From positions 1-64,000 of the forward strand of contig CAXHJY010000738.1 of NCBI GenBank assembly GCA_964016885.1: a stretch of 64,000 bases of DNA. The letters run 5' to 3'. Both the position numbers and the translations under genes were made by a program. The notes beneath the pieces are model-generated. The model made no database searches and was not told the DNA's origin. It saw only the letters and a program-made list of their open reading frames with translations. The DNA comes from Eledone cirrhosa (Eukaryota). This document shows, piece by piece, positions 48,001 through 61,300 of the stretch (its first letter is position 1; each line of letters begins with the position of its first letter).

Positions 48001-51000
48001 GTATATTACAGTACAGTAGGTATAATACAGTACAGTAGGTATATTACAGTACAGTAGGTATATTACAGTACAGTAGATATATTACAGTACAGTAGATATA
48101 TTACAGTAGGTATATTACAGTACAGTAGATATATTACAGTACAGTAGGTATATTACAGTACAGTAGGTATATTACAGTACAGTAGATATATTACAGTACA
48201 GTAGGTATATTACAGTACAGTAGATATATTACAGTACAGTAGGTATATTACAGTACAGTAGGTATATTACAGTACAGTAGGTATATTACAGTAGAGTAGG
48301 TATATTACAGTACAGTAGGTATATTACAGTACAGTAGGTATATTACAGTACAGTAGATATATTACAGTACAGTAGGTATATTACAGTAGATATATTACAG
48401 TACAGTAGGTATATTACAGTACAGTATGTATATTACAGTACAGTACGTATATTACAGTACAGTAGGTATATTATAATACAGTAGATATATTACAGTACAG
48501 TAGGTATATTACAGTACAGTAGGTATATTACAGTACAGTAGGTATATTACAGTACAGTAGATATATTACAGTACAGTAGATATATTACAGTACAGTAGGT
48601 ATATTACAGTACAGTAGATAGATTACAGTACAGTTGGTATCTTACAGTACAGTAGATATATTACAGTAGGTATATTACAGTACAGTAGATATATTACAGT
48701 ACAGTAGGTATAATACAGTACAGTAGGTATATTACAGTACAGTAGATATATTACAGTACAGTAGATATATTACAGTACAGTAGGTATATTACAGTACAAT
48801 AGATATATTACAATAGGTATATTACAGTACAGTAGGTATATTACAGTACAGTAGATATATTACAGTACAGTAGATATATTACAGTACAGTAGGTATATTA
48901 CAGTACAGTAGGTATATTACAGTCCAGTAGGTATATTACAGTACAGTAGATATATTACAGTACAGTATGTATATTACAGTATGTATATTACAGTACAGTA
49001 GATATATTACAGTACAGTAGATATATTACAGTACAGTAGGTATATTACAGTACAGTAGATATATTACAGTACAGTAGATATATTACAGTACAGTAGGTAT
49101 ATTACAGTACAGTATGTATATTAAAGTATGTATATTACAGTACAGTAGATATAATACAGTACAGTAGATATATTACAGTACAGTAGATATATTACAGTAC
49201 AGTAGGTATATTATAGTACAGTAGATATATTACAGTACAGTAGGTATATTACAGTACAGTAGGTATATTACAGTACAGTAGATATATTACAGTACAGTAG
49301 ATATATTACAGTACAGTAGATATATTACAGTACAGTAGGTATATTACAGTACAGTAGGTATATTACAGTACAGTAGATATATTACAGTACAGTAGATATA
49401 TTACAGTACAGTAGGTATATTACAGTACAGTAGGTATATTACAGTACAGTAGATATATTACAGTACAGTAGATATATTACAGTACAGTAGATATATTACA
49501 GTACAGTAGGTATATTACAGTACAGTAGATAGATTACAGTACATTAGATATATTACAGTACAGTAGATATATTACAGTACAATAGGTATATTACAGTACA
49601 GTAGGTATATTACAGTACAGTAGATATATTACAGTACAGTAGGTATATTACAGTACAGTAGATATATTACAGTACAGTAGATATATTACAGTACAGTAGG
49701 TATATTACAGTACAGTAGGTATATTACAGTACAGTAGGTATATTACAGTACAGTAGGTATATTACAGTACAGTAGATATATTACAGTACAGTAGGTATAA
49801 TACAGTACAGTAGGTATATTACAGTACAGTAGGTATATTACAGTACAGTAGTTATAATACAGTACAGTAGGTATATTACAGTACAGTAGGTATATTACAG
49901 TACAGTAGGTATATTACAGTACAGTAGGTATATTACAGTACACTAGGTATATTACAGTACAGTAGATATAATACAGTACAGTAGATATATTACAGTACAG
50001 TAGGTATATTACAGTACAGTTGGAATATTACAGTACAGTAGGTATATTACAGTACAGTAGGTATATTACAGTACAGTAGGTATATTACAGTACAGTAGGT
50101 ATATTACAGTACACTAGGTATATTACAGTACAGTAGGTATATTACAGTACAGTAGATATATTACAGTACACTAGGTATATTACAGTACAGTAGGTATATT
50201 ACAGTACAGTAGATATATTACAGTACAGTAGGTATAATACCATACAGTAGGTATATTACAGTACAGTAGGTATATTACAGTACAGTAGGTATAATACAGT
50301 ACAGTAGATATATTGCAGTACAGTAGGTATATTACACTACAGTAGGTATATTACAGTACAGTAGGTATATTAAAGTACAGTAGGTATAATACAGTACAGT
50401 AGGTATATTACAGTACAGTAGGTATATTATAGTACAGTAGATATAATACAATACAGTAGATATATTGCAGTACAGTAGGTATATTACTGTACAGTAGGTA
50501 TATTACAGTACAGTAGATATATTACAGTACAGTAGTTATATTACAGTACAGTAGGTATATTACAGTACAGTAGGTATATTACAGTACAGTAGATATATTA
50601 CAGTACAGTAGATATATTACAGTACAGTAGGTATAATACAGTACAGTAGGTATATTACAGTACAGTAGGTATATTACAGTACAGTAGGTATATTACAGTA
50701 CAGTAGGTATATTACACTACAGTAGGTATATTACAGTACAGTAGGTATATTAAAGTACAGTAGGTGTAATACAGTACAGTAGGTATATTACAGTACGGTA
50801 GGTATATTACAGTACAGTAGATATATTACAGTACAGTAGATATAATACAGTACAGTAGATATATTACAGTACAGTAGGTATATTACAGTACAGTAGGGAT
50901 ATTACAGTACAGTAGGTATATTACAGTACAGTAGGTATATTACAGTACAGTAGGTATATTATAGTACAGTAGATATATTACAGTACAGTAGGTATATTAC

Positions 51001-53300
51001 AGTACAGTAGATATATTACAGTACAGTAGATATATTACAGTACAGTAGGTATATTACAGTACAGTAGGTATATTACAGTACATTAGGTATATTACAGTAC
51101 AGTAGGTATAATACAGTACAGTAGATATATTACAGTACAGTAGGTATATTACAGTACAGTAGGTATGTTACAGTACAGTAGATATATTACAGTACAGTAG
51201 GTATAATACAGTAAAGTAGGTATATTACAGTACAGTAGGTATATTACAGTACAGTAGGTATAATACAGTACAGTAGGTATATTACAGTACAGTAGGTATA
51301 TTACAGTACAGTAGGTATGTTACAGTACAGTAGGTATATTACAGTACAGTAGGTATATTACAGTACAGTAGATATATTACAGTACAGTAGGTATATTACA
51401 GTGCAGTAGGTATATTACAGTACCGTAGATATATTACAGTACAGTATGTATATTACAGTACAGTATGTATATTACAGTACAGTAGGTATATTACAGTACA
51501 GTAGGTATATCACAGTACAGTAGGTATAATACAGTACAGTAGATATATTACAGTACAGTAGGTATATTACAGTACAGTAGATATATTACAGTACAGTAGA
51601 TATATTACAGTAGGTATATTACAGTACAGTAGATATATTACAGTACAGTAGGTATATTACAGTACAGTAGGTATATTACAGTACAGTAGATATATTACAG
51701 TACAGTAGGTATATTACAGTACAGTAGATATATTACAGTACAGTAGGTATATTACAGTACAGTAGGTATATTACAGTACAGTAGATATATTACAGTATAG
51801 TAGGTATAATACAGTAAAGTAGGTATATTACAGTACAGTAGGTATATTACAGTACAGTAGGTATAATACAGTACAGTAGGTATATTACAGTACAGTAGGT
51901 ATATTACAGTACAGTAGATATATTACAGTACAGTAGATATATTACAGTACAGTAGGTATATTACAGTACAGTAGGTATATTACAGTACAGTAGATATATT
52001 ACAGTACAGTAGGTATATTACAGTACAGTAGATATATTACAGTACAGTAGGTATATTACAGTACAGTAGGTATATTACAGTACAGTAGGTATATTACAGT
52101 AGAGTAGGTATATTACAGTACAGTAGGTATATTACAGTACAGTAGGTATATTACAGTACAGTAGATATATTACAGTACAGTAGGTATATTACAGTAGATA
52201 TATTACAGTACAGTAGGTATATTACAGTACAGTATGTATATTACAGTACAGTACGTATATTACAGTACAGTAGGTATATTATAATACAGTAGATATATTA
52301 CAGTACAGTAGGTATATTACAGTACAGTAGGTATATTACAGTACAGTAGGTATATTACAGTACAGTAGATATATTACAGTACAGTAGATATATTACAGTA
52401 CAGTAGGTATATTACAGTACAGTAGATAGATTACAGTACAGTTGGTATCTTACAGTACAGTAGATATATTACAGTAGGTATATTACAGTACAGTAGATAT
52501 ATTACAGTACAGTAGGTATAATACAGTACAGTAGGTATATTACAGTACAGTAGATATATTACAGTACAGTAGATATATTACAGTACAGTAGGTATATTAC
52601 AGTACAATAGATATATTACAGTAGGTATATTACAGTACAGTAGGTATATTACAGTACAGTAGATATATTACAGTACAGTAGATATATTACAGTACAGTAG
52701 GTATATTACAGTACAGTAGGTATATTACAGTCCAGTAGGTATATTACAGTACAGTAGATATATTACAGTACAGTATGTATATTACAGTATGTATATTACA
52801 GTACAGTAGATATATTACAGTACAGTAGATATATTACAGTACAGTAGGTATATTACAGTACAGTAGATATATTACAGTACAGTAGATATATTACAGTACA
52901 GTAGGTATATTACAGTACAGTATGTATATTAAAGTATGTATATTACAGTACAGTAGATATAATACAGTACAGTAGATATATTACAGTACAGTAGATATAT
53001 TACAGTACAATAGGTATATTATAGTACAGTAGATATATTACAGTACAGTAGGTATATTACAGTACAGTAGGTATATTACAGTACAGTAGATATATTACAG
53101 TACAGTAGATATATTACAGTACAGTAGATATATTACAGTACAGTAGGTATATTACAGTACAGTAGGTATATTACAGTACAGTAGATATATTACAGTACAG
53201 TAGATATATTACAGTACAGTAGGTATATTACAGTACAGTAGGTATATTACAGTACAGTAGATATATTACAGTACAGTAGATATATTACAGTACAGTAGGT
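41300..53300. repeat. Tandem ~3.8-kb higher-order units (shortened derivatives of the ~5.7-kb unit)
   Basis: taccatacag 42530/46397/50238; ttggtatctt 44767/48634/52442; tactgtacagta 42777/46644/50485. Offsets are 3808-3867 bp. Confidence 0.85.
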
Positions 53301-55349
53301 ATATTACAGTACAGTAGATATATTACAGTACAGTAGGTATATTACAGTACAGTAGATATATTACAGTACAGTAGGTATATTACAGTACAGTAGGTATATT
53401 AGAGTACAGTAGGTATATTACAGTACAGTAGGTATATTACAGTACAGTAGTTATATTACAGTACAGTAGCTTTATTACAGTACAGTAGGTATATTACAGT
53501 ACAGTAGGTATATTACAGTACAGTAGGAATATTACAGTACAGTAGGTATATTGCAGTACAGTAGGTATATTACAGTACAGTAGATATATTACAGTACAGT
53601 AGATATATTACAGTACACTAGGTATATTACAGTACAGTAGGTATATTACAGTACAGTAGATATATTACAGTACAGTATGTATATTACAGTACAGTATGTA
53701 TATATTACAGTTCAGTAGGTATATTACAGTACAGTAGGTATATCACAGTACAGTAGATGTATTACAGTACAGTAGGTATATTACAGTACAGTAGATATAT
53801 TACAGTACAGTAGATATATTACAGTAGGTATATTACAGTACAGTAGATATATTACAGTACAGTAGGTATATTACAGTACAGTAGGTATATTACAGTACAG
53901 TAGATATATTACAGTACAGTAGGTATATTACAGTACAGTAGATATATTACAGTATAGTAGGTATATTACAGTACAGTAGGTATATTACAGTACAGTAGGT
54001 ATATTACAGTACAGTAGGTATATTACAGTACAGTAGGTATATTACAGTACAGTAGATATATTACAGTACAGTAGATATATTACAGTACAGTAGGTATATT
54101 ACAGTACAGTAGGTATATTACAGTACAGTAGATATATTACAGTACAGTAGATATATTACAGTACAGTAGGTATATTACAGTACAGTAGATATATTACAGT
54201 ACAGTAGGTATATTACAGTACAGTAGATATATTACAGTACAGTAGGTATATTACAGTACAGTAGGTATATTACAGTACAGTAGGTATATTACAGTACAGT
54301 AGGTATATTACAGTACAGTAGTTATATTACAGTACAGTAGCTTTATTACAGTACAGTAGGTATATTACAGTACAGTAGGTATATTACACTACAGTAGGAA
54401 TATTACAGTACAGTAGGTATATTGCAGTACAGTAGGTATATTACAGTACAGTAGATATATTACAGTACAGTAGATATATTACAGTACACTAGGTATATTA
54501 CAGTACAGTAGGTATATTACAGTACAGTAGATATATTACAGTACAGTATGTATATTACAGTACAGTATGTATATTACAGTTCAGTAGGTATATTACAGTA
54601 CAGTAGGTATATCACAGTACAGTAGATATATTACAGTACAGTAGGTATATTACAGTACAGTAGATATATTACAGTACAGTAGATATATTACAGTAGGTAT
54701 ATTACAGTACAGTAGATATATTACAGTACAGTAGGTATATTACAGTACAGTAGGTATATTACAGTACAGTAGATATATTACAGTACAGTAGGTATATTAC
54801 AGTACAGTAGATATATTACAGTATAGTAGGTATATTACAGTACAGTAGGTATATTACAGTACAGTAGGTATATTACAGTACAGTAGGTATATTACAGTAC
54901 AGTAGGTATATTACAGTACAGTAGGTATATTACAGTACAGAAGATATATTACAATACAGTAGGTATATTACAGTACAGTAGATATATTACAGTACAGTAG
55001 GTATATTACAGTACAGTAGGTATATTACAGTACAGTAGATATATTACAGTACAGTAGGTATATTACAGTACAGTAGATATATTACAGTACAGTAGGTATA
55101 TTACAGTACAGTATGTATATTAAAGTATTATATTACAGTACAGTAGATATAATACAGTACAGTAGTTACATTACAGTACAGTAGGTATATTACAGTACAG
55201 TAGGTATATTACAGTACAGTAGGTATATTACAGTACAGTAGATATATTACAGTACAGTATGTATATTACAGTATGTATATTACAGTACAGTAGATATATT
55301 ACAGTACAGTAGATATATTACAGTACAGTAGGTATATTACAGTACAGTA

Positions 55350-58300
55350 GATATATTACAGTACAGTAGATATATTACAGTACAGTAGGTATATTACAGT
55401 ACAGTATGTATATTAAAGTATTATATTACAGTACAGTAGATATAATACAGTACAGTAGATATATTACAGTACAGTAGATATATTACAGTACAGTAGGTAT
55501 ATTATAGTACAGTAGATATATTACAGTACAGTAGGTATATTAAAGTACAGTAGGTATATTACAGTACAGTAGATATATTACAGTACAGTAGATATATTAC
55601 AGTACAGTAGATATATTACAGTACAGTAGGTATATTACAGTACAGTAGGTATATTACAGTACAGTAGATAGAGTACAGTACAGTAGATATATTACAGTAC
55701 AGTAGGTATATTACAGTACAGTAGGTATATTACAGTACAGTAGGTATATTACAGTACAGTAGATCAGTAGATAGATTACAGTACAGTAGGTATATTACAG
55801 TACAGTAGATATATTACAGTACAGTAGATATATTACAGTACAGTAGATATATTACAGTACAGTAGGTATATTACAGTACAGTAGATATATTACAGTACAG
55901 TAGATATATTACAGTACAGTAGATATATTACAGTACAGTAGGTATATTACAGTACAGTAGATAGATTACAGTACATTAGATATATTACAGTACAGTAGAT
56001 ATATTACAGTACAATAGGTATATTACAGTACAGTAGGTATATTACAGTACAGTAGATATATTACAGTACAGTAGGTATATTACAGTACAGTAGATATATT
56101 ACAGTACAGTAGATATATTACAGTACAGTAGGTATATTACAGTACAGTAGGTATATTACAGTACAGTAGGTATATTACAGTACAGTAGGTATATTACAGT
56201 ACAGTAGATATATTACAGTACAGTAGGTATAATACAGTACAGTAGGTATATTACAGTACAGTAGGTATATTACAGTACAGTAGTTATAATACAGTACAGT
56301 AGGTATATTACAGTACAGTAGGTATATTACAGTACAGTAGGTATATTACAGTACAGTAGGTATATTACAGTACAGTAGGTATATTACAGTACAGTAGATA
56401 TAATACAGTACAGTAGATATATTACAGTACAGTAGGTATATTACAGTACAGTTGGAATATTACAGTACAGTAGGTATATTACAGTACAGTAGGTATATTA
56501 CAGTACAGTAGGTATATTACAGTACAGTAGGTATATTACAGTACACTAGGTATATTACAGTACAGTAGGTATATTACAGTACAGTAGATATATTACAGTA
56601 CACTAGGTATATTACAGTACAGTAGGTATATTACAGTACAGTAGATATATTACAGTACAGTAGGTATAATACCATACAGTAGGTATATTACAGTACAGTA
56701 GGTATATTACAGTACAGTAGGTATAATACAGTACAGTAGATATATTGCAGTACAGTAGGTATATTACACTACAGTAGGTATATTACAGTACAGTAGGTAT
56801 ATTAAAGTACAGTAGGTATAATACAGTACAGTAGGTATATTACAGTACAGTAGGTATATTATAGTACAGTAGATATAATACAATACAGTAGATATATTGC
56901 AGTACAGTAGGTATATTACTGTACAGTAGGTATATTACAGTACAGTAGATATATTACAGTACAGTAGTTATATTACAGTACGTAGGTATATTACAGTACA
57001 GTAGGTATATTACAGTACAGTAGAATATTACAGTACAGTAGATATATTACAGTACAGTAGGTATAATACAGTACAGTAGGTATATTACAGTACAGTAGGT
57101 ATATTACAGTACAGTAGGTATATTACAGTACAGTAGGTATATTACACTACAGTAGGTATATTACAGTACAGTAGGTATATTAAAGTACAGTAGGTGTAAT
57201 ACAGTACAGTAGGTATATTACAGTACGGTAGGTATATTACAGTACAGTAGATATATTACAGTACAGTAGATATAATACAGTACAGTAGATATATTACAGT
57301 ACAGTAGGTATATTACAGTACAGTAGGGATATTACAGTACAGTAGGTATATTACAGTACAGTAGGTATATTACAGTACAGTAGGTATATTATAGTACAGT
57401 AGATATATTACAGTACAGTAGGTATATTACAGTACAGTAGATATATTACAGTACAGTAGATATATTACAGTACAGTAGGTATATTACAGTACAGTAGGTA
57501 TATTACAGTACATTAGGTATATTACAGTACAGTAGGTATAATACAGTACAGTAGATATATTACAGTACAGTAGGTATAATTACAGTACAGTAGGTATGTT
57601 ACAGTACAGTAGATATATTACAGTACAGTAGGTATAATACAGTAAAGTAGGTATATTACAGTACAGTAGGTATATTACAGTACAGTAGGTATAATACAGT
57701 ACAGTAGGTATATTACAGTACAGTAGGTATATTACAGTACAGTAGGTATGTTACAGTACAGTAGGTATATTACAGTACAGTAGGTATATTACAGTACAGT
57801 AGATATATTACAGTACAGTAGGTATATTACAGTGCAGTAGGTATATTACAGTACCGTAGATATATTACAGTACAGTATGTATATTACAGTACAGTATGTA
57901 TATTACAGTACAGTAGGTATATTACAGTACAGTAGGTATATCACAGTACAGTAGGTATAATACAGTACAGTAGATATATTACAGTACAGTAGGTATATTA
58001 CAGTACAGTAGATATATTACAGTACAGTAGATATATTACAGTAGGTATATTACAGTACAGTAGATATATTACAGTACAGTAGGTATATTACAGTACAGTA
58101 GGTATATTACAGTACAGTAGATATATTACAGTACAGTAGGTATATTACAGTACAGTAGATATAATACAGTACAGTAGGTATATTACAGTACAGTAGGTAT
58201 ATTACAGTACAGTAGATATATTACAGTACAGTAGGTATAATACAGTAAAGTAGGTATATTACAGTACAGTAGGTATATTACAGTACAGTAGGTATAATAC

Positions 58301-61300
58301 AGTACAGTAGTATATTACAGTACAGTAGGTATATTACAGTACAGTAGATATATTACAGTACAGTAGATATATTACAGTAGGTATATTACAGTACAGTAGA
58401 TATATTACAGTACAGTAGGGTATATTACAGTACAGTAGGTATATTACAGTACAGTAGATATATTACAGTACAGTAGGTATATTACAGTACAGTAGATATA
58501 TTACAGTACATAGGTATTTACATAGCAGTAGGTATATTACAGTACAGTAGGTATATTACAGTAGAGTAGGTATATTACAGTACAGTAGGTATAGCTTACA
58601 GTACCAGTAGGTATATTACAGTACAGTAGATATATTACAGTACAGTAGGTATATTACAGTAGATATATTACAGTACAGTAGGTATATTACAGTACAGTAT
58701 GTATATTACAGTACAGTACGTATATTACAGTACAGTAGGTATATTATAATACAGTAGATATATTACAGTACAGTAGGTATATTACAGTACAGTAGGTATA
58801 TTACAGTACAGTAGGTATATTACAGTACAGTAGATATATTACAGTACAGTAGATATATTACAGTACAGTAGGTATATTACAGTACAGTAGATAGATTACA
58901 GTACAGTTGGTATCTTACAGTACAGTAGATATATTACAGTAGGTATATTACAGTACAGTAGATATATTACAGTACAGTAGGTATAATACAGTACAGTAGG
59001 TATATTACAGTACAGTAGATATATTACAGTACAGTAGATATATTACAGTACAGTAGGTATATTACAGTACAATAGATATATTACAATAGGTATATTACAG
59101 TACAGTAGGTATATTACAGTACAGTAGATATATTACAGTACAGTAGATATATTACAGTACAGTAGGTATATTACAGTACAGTAGGTATATTACAGTCCAG
59201 TAGGTATATTACAGTACAGTAGATATATTACAGTACAGTATGTATATTACAGTATGTATATTACAGTACAGTAGATATATTACAGTACAGTAGATATATT
59301 ACAGTACAGTAGGTATATTACAGTACAGTAGATATATTACAGTACAGTAGATATATTACAGTACAGTAGGTATATTACAGTACAGTATGTATATTAAAGT
59401 ATGTATATTACAGTACAGTAGATATAATACAGTACAGTAGATATATTACAGTACAGTAGATATATTACAGTACAGTAGGTATATTATAGTACAGTAGATA
59501 TATTACAGTACAGTAGGTATATTACAGTACAGTAGGTATATTACAGTACAGTAGATATATTACAGTACAGTAGATATATTACAGTACAGTAGATATATTA
59601 CAGTACAGTAGGTATATTACAGTACAGTAGGTATATTACAGTACAGTAGATATATTACAGTACAGTAGATATATTACAGTACAGTAGGTATATTACAGTA
59701 CAGTAGGTATATTACAGTACAGTAGATATATTACAGTACAGTAGATATATTACAGTACAGTAGATATATTACAGTACAGTAGGTATATTACAGTACAGTA
59801 GATAGATTACAGTACATTAGATATATTACAGTACAGTAGATATATTACAGTACAATAGGTATATTACAGTACAGTAGGTATATTACAGTACAGTAGATAT
59901 ATTACAGTACAGTAGGTATATTACAGTACAGTAGATATATTACAGTACAGTAGATATATTACAGTACAGTAGGTATATTACAGTACAGTAGGTATATTAC
60001 AGTACAGTAGGTATATTACAGTACAGTAGGTATATTACAGTACAGTAGATATATTACAGTACAGTAGGTATAATACAGTACAGTAGGTATATTACAGTAC
60101 AGTAGGTATATTACAGTACAGTAGTTATAATACAGTACAGTAGGTATATTACAGTACAGTAGGTATATTACAGTACAGTAGGTATATTACAGTACAGTAG
60201 GTATATTACAGTACAGTAGGTATATTACAGTACAGTAGATATAATACAGTACAGTAGATATATTACAGTACAGTAGGTATATTACAGTACAGTTGGAATA
60301 TTACAGTACAGTAGGTATATTACAGTACAGTAGGTATATTACAGTACAGTAGGTATATTACAGTACAGTAGGTATATTACAGTACACTAGGTATATTACA
60401 GTACAGTAGGTATATTACAGTACAGTAGATATATTACAGTACACTAGGTATATTACAGTACAGTAGGTATATTACAGTACAGTAGATATATTACAGTACA
60501 GTAGGTATAATACCATACAGTAGGTATATTACAGTACAGTAGGTATATTACAGTACAGTAGGTATAATACAGTACAGTAGATATATTGCAGTACAGTAGG
60601 TATATTACACTACAGTAGGTATATTACAGTACAGTAGGTATATTAAAGTACAGTAGGTATAATACAGTACAGTAGGTATATTACAGTACAGTAGGTATAT
60701 TATAGTACAGTAGATATAATACAATACAGTAGATATATTGCAGTACAGTAGGTATATTACTGTACAGTAGGTATATTACAGTACAGTAGATATATTACAG
60801 TACAGTAGTTATATTACAGTACAGTAGGTATATTACAGTACAGTAGGTATATTACAGTACAGTAGATATATTACAGTACAGTAGATATATTACAGTACAG
60901 TAGGTATAATACAGTACAGTAGGTATATTACAGTACAGTAGGTATATTACAGTACAGTAGGTATATTACAGTACAGTAGGTATATTACAGTACAGTAGGT
61001 ATATTAAAGTACAGTAGGTGTAATACAGTACAGTAGGTATATTACAGTACGGTAGGTATATTACAGTACAGTAGATATATTACAGTACAGTAGATATAAT
61101 ACAGTACAGTAGATATATTACAGTACAGTAGGTATATTACAGTACAGTAGGGATATTACAGTACAGTAGGTATATTACAGTACAGTAGGTATATTACAGT
61201 ACAGTAGGTATATTATAGTACAGTAGATATATTACAGTACAGTAGGTATATTACAGTACAGTAGATATATTACAGTACAGTAGATATATTACAGTACAGT

